Shown here in pieces: positions 30,262 through 39,746 of a stretch of DNA of 64,000 nucleotides. The stretch is from Ignavibacteriota bacterium (GTDB lineage Bacteria; Bacteroidota; Ignavibacteria; UBA10030; CAVZMI01). The translations under genes and the position numbers were made by a program. The stretch is taken from the NCBI GenBank assembly GCA_963835935.1, contig CAWIHK010000005.1:459166-523165 (forward strand). The letters are read 5' to 3'. A model generated the notes under the pieces. The model was not told the origin of the DNA. It saw nothing but the letters and a program-made list of their open reading frames with translations, and ran no database searches. Every line of letters begins with the position of its first letter. Within the stretch, counting starts at the first letter, position 1.

Positions 30262-30300
30262 AAAGCATCGTTGCGTAACCGACGGTGCTTTATTTTATCT
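30262..30300 (+). terminator. Rho-independent terminator after the lipoprotein pair.
   Basis: A 9-bp stem (AAAGCATCG / CGGTGCTTT, one G·U pair) with a 12-nt loop, followed by ATTTTATCT. Confidence 0.5.
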
Positions 30301-30316
30301 TCAATTGTTTTAACTT

Positions 30317-30907
30317 ATGCCAAGTGTGTTCGAGATCAGTCGAGACACTATTTATATCGAGGAATATATGGAAACTTGTGTAACACTTAAAGACATTCTT
30401 TTCAACGAGGCAGAAAAAGTCTACTCAATTACGGAAAAGCTTTTTCGGTGTGTGGATGATGCTGAGTTATCGTGGAAACCGCCGACTGGCAAGAACTGGA
30501 TGACAATAGGACAATTGATGATGCACTGTGCCTGCTTCGGGTGTGGCAAAGCATTCGTGGGGTTCGTCAAAGACGATTGGGGTTTTGCAGAAGGAAGCTT
30601 AGAAGAAACATCCGAATACGATCTTCATGTCCCTCCTGCCGAAGTTCTTACTTCTGTCGAGAGTGTATCTCAGGCGCTGGAACTACTTTCGGTCGACAGA
30701 AACCTTACGATGAATTGCATTGCGGAAGTGGAAGAAAATAAATTGTTATCGGTAAGACTTATTGCGCCGTGGGGTGGATCCGAATTATCTTTATTTCAAC
30801 ACCTCACACTCATGATCGCGCATCTTAACCAGCATAAAGGCCAGCTCTTTTACTACCTGAAATTGATGGGAAAAGATCTTAACACAACTGATCTCTGGGG
30901 TTCGTGA
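30317..30907 (+). CDS. DinB/YfiT-like (DinB_2) metal-dependent protein.
   Basis: Helical-bundle-like composition with His-containing segments (HCACFGCG..., HLTLMIAHLNQHKGQ) typical of the DinB superfamily. Assignment is tentative. Confidence 0.4.
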   Translation: MPSVFEISRDTIYIEEYMETCVTLKDILFNEAEKVYSITEKLFRCVDDAELSWKPPTGKNWMTIGQLMMHCACFGCGKAFVGFVKDDWGFAEGSLEETSEYDLHVPPAEVLTSVESVSQALELLSVDRNLTMNCIAEVEENKLLSVRLIAPWGGSELSLFQHLTLMIAHLNQHKGQLFYYLKLMGKDLNTTDLWGS

Positions 30908-30908
30908 T

Positions 30909-31829
30909 ATGAAAATAGCAATCATCGGCACAGGCGGAGTCGGGGGATATTTTGGCGGGAAGATCGCGAGCGCCGGAAACGACGTCACGTTCCTGGCACG
31001 CGGCGAACACCTGAAAGCTCTTCAATCAAACGGAATGACAGTAAAAAGTATCAACGGGAATTTTCAGATTCAACCTATCAGAGCGACAGATAAAATAAAA
31101 CATATCGGGAAATCGGATCTTATAATTCTCGGCGTAAAAGCATGGCAGGTGAAAGAAATAGCTTTAGAGTTACCAGAGATCATTCACGAGAAATCTGTCG
31201 TACTGCCTTTGCAAAACGGCGTTCTGGCTGTCGATGAATTAGAAGAAAAACTGGATCGGAAAAACATTATCGGCGGTTTATGCAGAATTATGAGCAAAAT
31301 CGAATCACCGGGCGTGATAAATCATTTCGGAATGGAACCAACAATTATTTTTGGAGAACTGGATAACAGACAAACCGATAGAATGAATGACATAAAAAAC
31401 TTGTTCGATCAATCCGGAATAAAATCAAGAATTGCAAATGATATTCATGCGGAACTCTGGAAAAAATTTATTCCAATTTGCGCGGGAGGATTGTTAGCCG
31501 TAACACGATCTACATACGGCGAGATTCGTGAACACGAACCGACGCGGAACTTGCTCATCGATTTGTTGAATGAGATTTATGTATTGTCTCAAAGAATTGG
31601 CATAAAAATAGAAAAAGATTTTGTTTCGAAAACGGTCGCGTTCATCGATACTTTCCCGCATGACTCGACAGCTTCGATGACCCGCAATATCTGGGAAGGA
31701 AAACCTTCAGAAATCGAATACCAAAACGGAACAGTTGTTAAGCTTGGCGAACGATACGGAATTGAAACGCCGATTAATAAATTTATTTATACTTGTATTT
31801 CACTGTTGGAAAGAAGGGCGAGGAAATGA
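30909..31829 (+). CDS. panE: 2-dehydropantoate 2-reductase (ketopantoate reductase).
   Basis: N-terminal MKIAIIGTGGVGGYFGGKIA Rossmann motif and ApbA/PanE-like length and C-terminal domain. Confidence 0.8.
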   Translation: MKIAIIGTGGVGGYFGGKIASAGNDVTFLARGEHLKALQSNGMTVKSINGNFQIQPIRATDKIKHIGKSDLIILGVKAWQVKEIALELPEIIHEKSVVLPLQNGVLAVDELEEKLDRKNIIGGLCRIMSKIESPGVINHFGMEPTIIFGELDNRQTDRMNDIKNLFDQSGIKSRIANDIHAELWKKFIPICAGGLLAVTRSTYGEIREHEPTRNLLIDLLNEIYVLSQRIGIKIEKDFVSKTVAFIDTFPHDSTASMTRNIWEGKPSEIEYQNGTVVKLGERYGIETPINKFIYTCISLLERRARK

Positions 31830-32003
31830 TGATACTTCATTCTTTACTTCTGACTCAAGACAAAGCTGGATTGCTTCCTGCATTCGCTTCATAAGTTGGT
31901 AAAGAGATTTTGCCTGTGTATGACAGCCCGGTAGTTAGGGCACCGATCCAACCAAGAAGCCTTCTGAGTCTCGTTCTATTATAATATCAAATTCTTTCTT
32001 CAT
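31800..32003 (-). pseudogene. hicB: hicB-like (UPF0150) type II antitoxin remnant with an in-frame TAA at codon 23 (plus coordinates 31935-31937). No hicA partner: only 113 nt separate it from the GH3 stop.
   Basis: Minus-strand translation MKKEFDIIIERDSEGFLVGSVP*LPGCHTQAKSLYQLMKRMQEAIQLCLESEVKNEVSSFPRPSFQQ matches the HicB N-terminal consensus (...IE.DEDG.Y.ASVPDLPGCHTQG.TLEE...N..EAI.L.LE). Confidence 0.6.
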
Positions 32004-32116
32004 GAAATCTCCAAGTTAATTGAAAGAAACCTACTTAATTCGTCTGAACAAGTCAATACATATGAAGAACGTGAGATCAAAGATTTTAGTGAAAATTTTA
32101 GTGTGTACTTTATGTT

Positions 32117-34432
32117 CTATTTAACCTTCAACGTATCCTTCAAGAATTCCACCGAGTTTTCCCCAACCATGATTTCAAAATCCCCCGGTTGAACAACTCG
32201 TTTCATATCAAGATTGTAAGCTTCAAGTTTATCCGGCGTGATCTTGAATTTAACAGTCTTTGTTTCTCCCGGCTGGAGTGTAACTCTTGCAAAATCTTTC
32301 AACTCTTTAACCGGACGCGTCGGCAAACTGACAACATCATGGATGTACAATTGAACAATTTCATCACCTGATCTTTTTCCAGTATTCGTGATATCGACCG
32401 ACACCTCGGCGGTTCCGTCCGGTGGAATTACAGCCGGATTTATTTTAAAATTTCTATAATCAAATGTTGTATAGCTGAGTCCAAAACCAAAAGGGAAAAG
32501 CGGTGAGGAATCATCGAGCACGTAATCCCGGAAATTGGAAGGCTTCTTGTCATAATAGCACGGCAACTGTCCCACAGACCGCGGAAATGTAACTGTCAGC
32601 TTACCGCTAGGATTCACTCTTCCAAAAACTACATCGGCCACAGCGCGGCCTGTTCCCTGGCCAAGATACCAGCATTCTATAATTGCCGGCGCTTTTTCTT
32701 CTAACATATTTATAGTTATAGGTCGTCCGTTGATCAATAAAACAACAATCGGTTTTCCTGTTTTGAGTATGGCTTCAGCTAATTCGTTCTGCATGCCGAC
32801 AAGATCGAGATTGTCGCGATCGCCTAAATGTATTACATTCCAAGCTTCACGATTTATCAATTCATTCTCACCAAGCACCAAGATTACCGCGTCGCTCTTC
32901 TTAGCAAGCTTCACCGCCTGAGCGATCAATTTTTTATCATTCATTGGATCGTTTAAAATTGGGTTTTCCTCTATCTTCCAATCACAACGCTTGTTCAATG
33001 TCAGTCTACACCCTTCGGCAAACTGTACTTTGAATTTTCCTTCTGCAAATTCCTGAGTTCCCTGCAGGACACTGATTCCTTCCATCGGAATCGCCGAGTA
33101 ACCGCCCAAATGGATATCCGCAGCGTCGGGCCCGATTACTGCCAGTGTTTTTATTTTTGAGGAATCGAACGGAAGTGTATTCTTTTCATTCTTCAGAAGA
33201 ACCATCGCCTCATGAGCGGCTTTCAACGCCAGCGCTTTGTGTTCTGCGCAATTCGCCACTCTTTCATAAAGATCGGGATCGACGTAGGGATTATCAAACA
33301 AACCGCATGTGAATTTTACGCGTAAAATATTTTTCGCGGCTCTGGTAACGTCTTCTTCGGAAACTATTCCCTTCTTCACTTGATCGACTAAAGATGCGAA
33401 GCACGCTCCGGTTCCGAGTTCATAATCGATTCCCGCCTTGATTGATAGCGCTCCAGATTCAGCGGAATCGGCGGCGGCATGATGATTTTTATATGTGACT
33501 TCCATTCCACCACCATCACTCATCACATATCCATTAAATCCCCACTCACTTCGTAAGATATCAGTCAGCAGTTTATGATTGACATGATTCGGAACACCGT
33601 CCCACTCATTGTACGATACCATAACCGACTGTGCATGCGCACGTTTGACAGCCATCTCGAACGGATAAAGATGAGTTTCCCGAAACACCCGCTCAGAATA
33701 ATTTATCGGTGCAATGTTCTTTCCGTTTTCCGGCTGTCCGTGTCCCGCAAAATGTTTAAGTGTGACGGCAAGATGGTCACGGCCGATCACGGCGTTTCTT
33801 CCTTGTAAGCCGAAGATTGCAGACATTGCAATTCGTGATGTGAGATATGGATCTTCACTGTAACACTCTTCAGTTCGTCCCCAACGGGGATCGCGTGCGA
33901 GGTCGAGCACCGGAGACAAAACCTGATATGTATTTTTTGCTCGACCTTCGCATGCAGCAGCGGTGAATACTTGTTCAACTAGTGTCGTATCCCAAGTACA
34001 TCCGAGAGCAATGGCCTGCGGAAAACTTGTAGCGCCGTTTTCCATCAATCCATGCAATGATTCGCTGAACGTAAGCACAGGAATTCCTAATCTGGATTTT
34101 TCGATCAGATATTTCTGGAGTCCGTTTATGCATTGAATGCGATAACGCATTGACTTGCCGATCCAGAGAGCTCGCGATGAAAATGTTCCCACGCCTTTAT
34201 TTAAAGCGGCAGTATCTTGAATACCAATAAAATTTCCATTCTGATCGAATGCCAGAGTATCCAACGATTTGTACGGTTTTAATTGCGCAACCTTCTCTTC
34301 CAATGTCATGCGGCCGATGAGATCGTCGAGCCGTTCTTCGATCGGCAATGACGCATTTTTATATTTTGGCTGGCCAAAGGAATTGGCTGTCAGTAAAAGA
34401 AGCGCAAGTAAAACCCAAGAATATTTCATCAA
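32117..34432 (-). CDS. bglX: Glycoside hydrolase family 3 beta-glucosidase (BglX-like) with a signal peptide.
   Basis: GH3 N-terminal catalytic domain motifs (SDGGGMEV region, KHFAGHG) with a C-terminal FnIII-like domain, 771 aa. Confidence 0.85.
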   Translation of the reverse strand: MMKYSWVLLALLLLTANSFGQPKYKNASLPIEERLDDLIGRMTLEEKVAQLKPYKSLDTLAFDQNGNFIGIQDTAALNKGVGTFSSRALWIGKSMRYRIQCINGLQKYLIEKSRLGIPVLTFSESLHGLMENGATSFPQAIALGCTWDTTLVEQVFTAAACEGRAKNTYQVLSPVLDLARDPRWGRTEECYSEDPYLTSRIAMSAIFGLQGRNAVIGRDHLAVTLKHFAGHGQPENGKNIAPINYSERVFRETHLYPFEMAVKRAHAQSVMVSYNEWDGVPNHVNHKLLTDILRSEWGFNGYVMSDGGGMEVTYKNHHAAADSAESGALSIKAGIDYELGTGACFASLVDQVKKGIVSEEDVTRAAKNILRVKFTCGLFDNPYVDPDLYERVANCAEHKALALKAAHEAMVLLKNEKNTLPFDSSKIKTLAVIGPDAADIHLGGYSAIPMEGISVLQGTQEFAEGKFKVQFAEGCRLTLNKRCDWKIEENPILNDPMNDKKLIAQAVKLAKKSDAVILVLGENELINREAWNVIHLGDRDNLDLVGMQNELAEAILKTGKPIVVLLINGRPITINMLEEKAPAIIECWYLGQGTGRAVADVVFGRVNPSGKLTVTFPRSVGQLPCYYDKKPSNFRDYVLDDSSPLFPFGFGLSYTTFDYRNFKINPAVIPPDGTAEVSVDITNTGKRSGDEIVQLYIHDVVSLPTRPVKELKDFARVTLQPGETKTVKFKITPDKLEAYNLDMKRVVQPGDFEIMVGENSVEFLKDTLKVK

Positions 34433-34658
34433 ATCTGTCCGTTCAAAATGTTTTAATTAGTTCTCGCTGAGAAAGTCATCATACGGTCATCTCGACTGGC
34501 AAATGATATGGCTCTTCATATATGCTCGATGACCGATCTGTTAAAATAGCTCGGTTACCGAGCGACCAGAGGGAGTCGAGGCAACCGATAAAAAACCAAA
34601 GGAATGATTTCACTTCTTGAAAGCACTTTTTTAATTGTGAAATTATTTTTCTCTATTT

Positions 34659-35291
34659 TTAAAATCGTATCCCCACTATAAGGTCGAGTGATTCATTCCT
34701 AACGTTCACACCATCACTATCATAGGCTTTGTTCAGACTTGTATTGTATCTAACTTCCGCAAGAAGATGCAACGGACACCACGATCCGATTTCCGCTCCC
34801 ACGCCGACTGTAAGGCCGTAATCGGACGATTTGAATTTATCGACTACATCAGACATCGCGTCCCCTGATTTTGAGAGAAGCACGTCGACTCTTGGGCCGG
34901 CCATAATATACGGTTCGATCAAAGGATTTGAAAAACGAATTTTTACCAGAATTGGTATCGATAAATAATCGACTCGCGGACTGATAGTTTCAGTTCCGAT
35001 TATGGCGGGATCTTCGGGACCTGTTTCAGGAATCAATATTTTTGTTCCTTTTTGGGCGTATTGAAGCTCTGCGACAATACTGAAATATGGAATGTCGAGC
35101 ACTTCGACAAAACCACTCAGTGTAAGCCCCCAACGGCTTTCTGTTGAAAGATCAGAAAGGGTTGTATAGTTCCACGTTTGGTTCGCGGAAACCGTCCCGA
35201 CTTTTATTCCGTACCCGCGAATTAGCTGTGCGTTGATCGTCGTAAAACACCAAAACGATGCGATGATAATGAGAATTAATTTTTTCTTCAT
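34659..35291 (-). CDS. Outer-membrane beta-barrel protein (OmpA-like or porin-family beta-barrel domain).
   Basis: Signal peptide, alternating amphipathic beta-strands, and a C-terminal aromatic residue (…IVGIRF). Confidence 0.55.
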   Translation of the reverse strand: MKKKLILIIIASFWCFTTINAQLIRGYGIKVGTVSANQTWNYTTLSDLSTESRWGLTLSGFVEVLDIPYFSIVAELQYAQKGTKILIPETGPEDPAIIGTETISPRVDYLSIPILVKIRFSNPLIEPYIMAGPRVDVLLSKSGDAMSDVVDKFKSSDYGLTVGVGAEIGSWCPLHLLAEVRYNTSLNKAYDSDGVNVRNESLDLIVGIRF

Positions 35292-35322
35292 GATTCCCTC
35301 TCCTTGTTTTAAGATAAGATAG

Positions 35323-37263
35323 TTATTTTAAGATTACGTTTAGTATTTTTACTTCGTTTGCTTTCAGTGTTAAATTTTTCAGAACCGGCTTGTTTGAATG
35401 GAAATCGAAAATTTTTATCTGTACGTTTTTGAAAGTCATCTTTACTTTTTGCGTTGAAGGTTCATGATTGATAAGAAATAGAATATTTCGATCATGTTTC
35501 CCTGTCATATACCCGACTTCAACAAACGGATTGTCGATTGAAACCTCCGGTTGAATATTCGAATGCAACAGAGCCAGCGAATAAAATTTATAAGCCGGAA
35601 TTTTTTGGAATGCATCATCGGTGCGCGCCATCACCATTTCAACCGGGAACATACAGCTTATTGCATGACCTTTGCCATAATTATTTACGCAAAGCACGGG
35701 TTGTTTATTTTTATCTTTTGCTGCAACTTCAGCGCTTGTGGGTTCAACTTTATAATATGTGTATGTTGATGGAGCCGGCTCCATTCCCTGGAATATTAAT
35801 TTCTCTTTGTGTTTCTCCGATCGATTTTTTTTATTGAGAAATACTTCGAAGACGTTTGGCATTCTTCTGTAATCGAGAAGTTTGAATCCGAAAAGTTTCT
35901 GTAAATAGCCCGGCGCCATACAGTGAATGTATTTATTAAAGGACATAAACACGGTTCCGCCCTGTTCTACGAAGGAAGTAATTCTATCCATCTCTTCGAT
36001 AGTCAGCAAACCGTTTGGAACGAATAATAATTTGTATCGGGACAAATCCTCATCATGCCTGACGAAATTCACAGGAATATTTGCGGCGCGTGCCATCATG
36101 TAGGCGTTCGGATAAATATTGAAGTTCATTGACAACCGATCGTAATAAGCTTTATCGACATAGATGGCAGCTTCCGGTTTTGAGAATGAATATTCTTCAA
36201 GATCGATTGCATTGATTACATTGAGAAAATCTTGAAATTCTTTAGCAGCCGGTTTTAAAGATTTGTCGGATCGAATCAAACCGAATTCTAATTCCTGCTG
36301 TGCGTAATTATTATAAAGTTGCCTGACCTTCGGATCGAAATCGCAGAATGCCCACGGAAGCATGCTATGCGCACCGGCGACGAAGCAAGAATATGATAGA
36401 ATTCTCTGGTAAATTGCCTGGTTCTCTTCCGATATTTGCATCGTACTGTTGCCGAACTCGAAGCACGCAAGCGGTTTATCGTTACGCTGACTAAATTTTA
36501 TAATGTAAGTACCGAAGTACGTATCGCGAAACGAATTGATATTTTCGAGTTTAAACAAATCGTAATTGTACTTGCTGTAGAAATGCGTGCTCACAAAATC
36601 GGATATATCCATAAGCTCTACGATGTCTGCGCCGACTTGCTGAACGATCGCGGCATGATCGGCGCCAAAGGTTATCGGTTGTTCGAAACCAAGTTCCCGG
36701 AATTTTGAAACCAATTTTTTCGCGTATGCAGAAAGAATGTTTCTGTCCGGAACCCCGGCATTATTTTTGGGCGGAAATCCTGCATGCCACCAGGGTTCGT
36801 TGCCGACATCCCACGCGAATATCCGGCCGTCGGTTGAATATCGTTCTGCAAGAATTTCCATGTATTTTGTTATGAACGAAAATGATTTATCGCTTGTGTA
36901 GTAATTTTCCGGTTTCGTCCATTCCGGGCGCAAAGCGTTTGGGTCTTCCTGGAATGAAGCAAGGTGAAAGAAAGTGAGAATTACTTTTAATTTGTTGGCA
37001 TCGCAAAGCGAAATTATTTTTTCCAGGTTCGCAGTGATTATTTTGTTTTCATTTCCATCATTATCGATCAGATCGAATGGCAGGCCGAATCTCACGGCTT
37101 TAAGTTGCATAGAAGCTATGAGTTTGAAATCGTTTTCAATTTCGTTAAAGTCTGGTTCTGTATAGAATTTTATAGAGTGTCCTGTAGAGGCAGGCAAATA
37201 ATTTATTCCCATCAAGAATTGTTTTTTATTGTCGATGATCCGGTAACCGTCTTTAAAATACAT
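35323..37263 (-). CDS. Glycoside hydrolase, GH42-like (clan GH-A TIM barrel plus a beta-galactosidase trimerisation-type middle domain).
   Basis: DVGNEPWW catalytic-region motif (NEP acid/base of clan GH-A). The middle domain YKLLFVPNGLLTIEEMDRITSFVEQGGTVFMSF resembles Glyco_hydro_42M. Confidence 0.5.
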   Translation of the reverse strand: MYFKDGYRIIDNKKQFLMGINYLPASTGHSIKFYTEPDFNEIENDFKLIASMQLKAVRFGLPFDLIDNDGNENKIITANLEKIISLCDANKLKVILTFFHLASFQEDPNALRPEWTKPENYYTSDKSFSFITKYMEILAERYSTDGRIFAWDVGNEPWWHAGFPPKNNAGVPDRNILSAYAKKLVSKFRELGFEQPITFGADHAAIVQQVGADIVELMDISDFVSTHFYSKYNYDLFKLENINSFRDTYFGTYIIKFSQRNDKPLACFEFGNSTMQISEENQAIYQRILSYSCFVAGAHSMLPWAFCDFDPKVRQLYNNYAQQELEFGLIRSDKSLKPAAKEFQDFLNVINAIDLEEYSFSKPEAAIYVDKAYYDRLSMNFNIYPNAYMMARAANIPVNFVRHDEDLSRYKLLFVPNGLLTIEEMDRITSFVEQGGTVFMSFNKYIHCMAPGYLQKLFGFKLLDYRRMPNVFEVFLNKKNRSEKHKEKLIFQGMEPAPSTYTYYKVEPTSAEVAAKDKNKQPVLCVNNYGKGHAISCMFPVEMVMARTDDAFQKIPAYKFYSLALLHSNIQPEVSIDNPFVEVGYMTGKHDRNILFLINHEPSTQKVKMTFKNVQIKIFDFHSNKPVLKNLTLKANEVKILNVILK

Positions 37264-37975
37264 GTTCTATAATTCTTCCTGTTTTGTTGATATTAATATT
37301 TTCGAATAATGCTTTAAAAATACCTCATATTGAGGTAGAATGCAAGGGTTTACTACCAGTAAGAGAGAATGATGAAGAAATAATTATTTTGATTGCCGAT
37401 AAATGTGTTGTAGGTCGAAGTTGTACTTCGATTTTATTCGAATCGATGATTGAAAATAGAAAAATAAGAAATATCACCCTTTACGAGATCGTCTACGAAA
37501 AAGCTCCTTGAATTATCTTCGGCTATCCTGCTTCACATCATTCAATATTTCCATTAATTCGTCCGAGAAAAAAACAATATCTGCAAGTCAATTTTGGTTA
37601 ATATTACTTAATTTCATCAATAATTACAAATGATGATATTATTTTCCTTGCCTTGTAATTTTTATTTTGGTAAATTATGGTCTGTAAGGAAGTCAGTAGT
37701 GGTCAGGAAAAGATTTAATACGAAATTTTGTAGTGCGGTCGTTGAAATGACGTTCTATTTTTATCATAGAGTTTTTAATTGTCGTTCGCTGTTCCTTTCA
37801 CCTTTCCGCATATACATTTTTCCTTTAAGAACGCTTTTTAGAAAAATTCTTTTGTGGTTCTGTCTCATGAAGTTTATGTACCTTGATTCCGATAATATTT
37901 GGAAGATCAGGGTAATTTGAATTGCCAGATTACACTTATAAATGAAAATATAATTTAATAAAGGAGTTTTCTGTA

Positions 37976-38758
37976 ATGCAAATCTTTGTCATTCTTAAAA
38001 TGGTGCCTGATGTTGTGGAAGAACTTGTCATCGGCAAGGATGGTAAATCTCTCGATGAGGAATCCATCCGGTTTAAACTCAGCGAACCTGATGAACATGC
38101 GCTCGAAGAAGCCGTGCTCCTAAAAGAAAAATGCGGCGGTTCGATTACCGCTTTAGCGCTCGACGCGCCGGATGTCAACGATGCACTGTACCTTGCGCTG
38201 GCGAAAGGCGCCAACCAGGCATTCCGGGTCTCCGGCGAGTGTAAAGGCTGGCAAACATCCGTTGTTGCGAATCTTTTCACATCATTCTTGTCTTCACGTT
38301 TCGGCACTCTTACAAATGAAACAATAGTGCTGACAGGATCGCAGGCAATTGACGATGTTGAGGGAGAACTTGGCGCTTGTCTATCTGAGCTGCTGAAGAT
38401 TCCTTATATAAGCGTTGTAACAGGATTGAGTGTAGACGGAGGAGCGAAGTCGGCCACAGTACTTAAGGAATTTTCAGGAGGACTTCGCGGTGAGTTCACA
38501 TTGCCGCTTCCTGCGGTTATTGGAATTCAATCGGCATCGAAGCCCCCCCGCTATGTTCCGGTTGCAAAAGTTAATGCAGCAAAAAAAACTGCTAAAATCG
38601 AATCTGTTTCAATTCCTGCTGCAAATGCACAATCTACTTTGTCGATTCGAAAGATGTTTACTCCGGTAGCTACAGGAAAAGCTGAGATGCTTGAGGGATC
38701 ACCGAAAGATATCTCGGCTCGCTTAATTGAAATAATTACGCAACGTGGAATTTTATAG
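37976..38758 (+). CDS. etfB: Electron transfer flavoprotein beta subunit (EtfB-1).
   Basis: N-terminal MQIFVILKMVPDV... with a typical EtfB fold and length. Precedes etfA. Confidence 0.8.
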   Translation: MQIFVILKMVPDVVEELVIGKDGKSLDEESIRFKLSEPDEHALEEAVLLKEKCGGSITALALDAPDVNDALYLALAKGANQAFRVSGECKGWQTSVVANLFTSFLSSRFGTLTNETIVLTGSQAIDDVEGELGACLSELLKIPYISVVTGLSVDGGAKSATVLKEFSGGLRGEFTLPLPAVIGIQSASKPPRYVPVAKVNAAKKTAKIESVSIPAANAQSTLSIRKMFTPVATGKAEMLEGSPKDISARLIEIITQRGIL

Positions 38759-38771
38759 GGAAGATAAGATC

Positions 38772-39743
38772 ATGGCAAAAGAAATTATTGTTGTTTCAGA
38801 AATTCTTCAGGGAAAAATTTCCGATATCACTTATGAAATGCTTGGTGTCGGACGAAAACTTGCTGACGGCATCCAGAAACCCCTGCTTGCATGTGTTGTT
38901 GGAACCGATGGTTCGGCTCTTGCAAAAAACCTTGGAACAGCCGATAAGGTTTTGCTTGCTGAAGATCAAGCGTTTGCCGCTCCTACATCAGAAGCGATTG
39001 CATCTTTCATTGTCGAAATTATCAAGCAAAGAGAACCCGCACTTGTGCTTATTGGCGGGACAAATATTGGCACTGGCGTCGGTACCATTCTTTCATTACG
39101 CACAAATTTACCTCATATAAATTTTTCAAAAGATATTCAGTTAGAAAATGGAAAAATTGTCGTCACCAGTCAATTATTTGGCGGTAAAATTCTTGCCGAG
39201 GTAGAAGTACCAGCCGGTGGAGCTATTTTAAGCGTTGTGCCCGGCGCGTTCCCAATAGAAGCTGGAAAAAGCACGCGTTCGCCGGAAGTTGAGAAGTTGA
39301 CAATCCCAGCCGGTGAATCGAAAATAAACTTTAAACAGTTCATAGAACCTGAGACGGGTGATGTTGATATCACCAAACAAGATGTACTGATATTTGTCGG
39401 ACGGGGAATTGAAAATGAATCGAATCTGGAACCTGCAGAGGAGTTGGCAAAAGTTCTGGGAGGAGCTGTATGTGGATCACGTCCGGTGATCGATCAAGGA
39501 TGGTTGCCCTTGAGCCGACAAGTCGGAAAATCAGGAATGATGGTGAAGCCGAAATTATATCTAGCGTTGGGCATTAGTGGGGCGCCGGAACATATTGAAG
39601 GGATGAAAAATTCGGAACTTATCGTCGCTATTAATAGTGATCCTAAAGCTCCAATTTTCAACATAGCTCATTACGGTGCAGTTGCCGATATCCAGGAACT
39701 CATACCTGAATTAAAGGATGCAATCGAAAAGAAAAAGGGATAA
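38772..39743 (+). CDS. etfA: Electron transfer flavoprotein alpha subunit (EtfA-1).
   Basis: C-terminal FAD-binding region (LYLALGISGAPEHIEGMKNSELIVAINSDPKAPIF). Confidence 0.85.
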   Translation: MAKEIIVVSEILQGKISDITYEMLGVGRKLADGIQKPLLACVVGTDGSALAKNLGTADKVLLAEDQAFAAPTSEAIASFIVEIIKQREPALVLIGGTNIGTGVGTILSLRTNLPHINFSKDIQLENGKIVVTSQLFGGKILAEVEVPAGGAILSVVPGAFPIEAGKSTRSPEVEKLTIPAGESKINFKQFIEPETGDVDITKQDVLIFVGRGIENESNLEPAEELAKVLGGAVCGSRPVIDQGWLPLSRQVGKSGMMVKPKLYLALGISGAPEHIEGMKNSELIVAINSDPKAPIFNIAHYGAVADIQELIPELKDAIEKKKG

Positions 39744-39746
39744 TCG

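Noticed and set aside
37284-37920. Two short ORFs (75 and 96 aa) in the AT-rich spacer before etfB-1
   Set aside because: Their composition is low-complexity, with Phe/Leu/Ile-rich translations of AT-rich DNA, no RBS and no motifs. They are probably non-coding.
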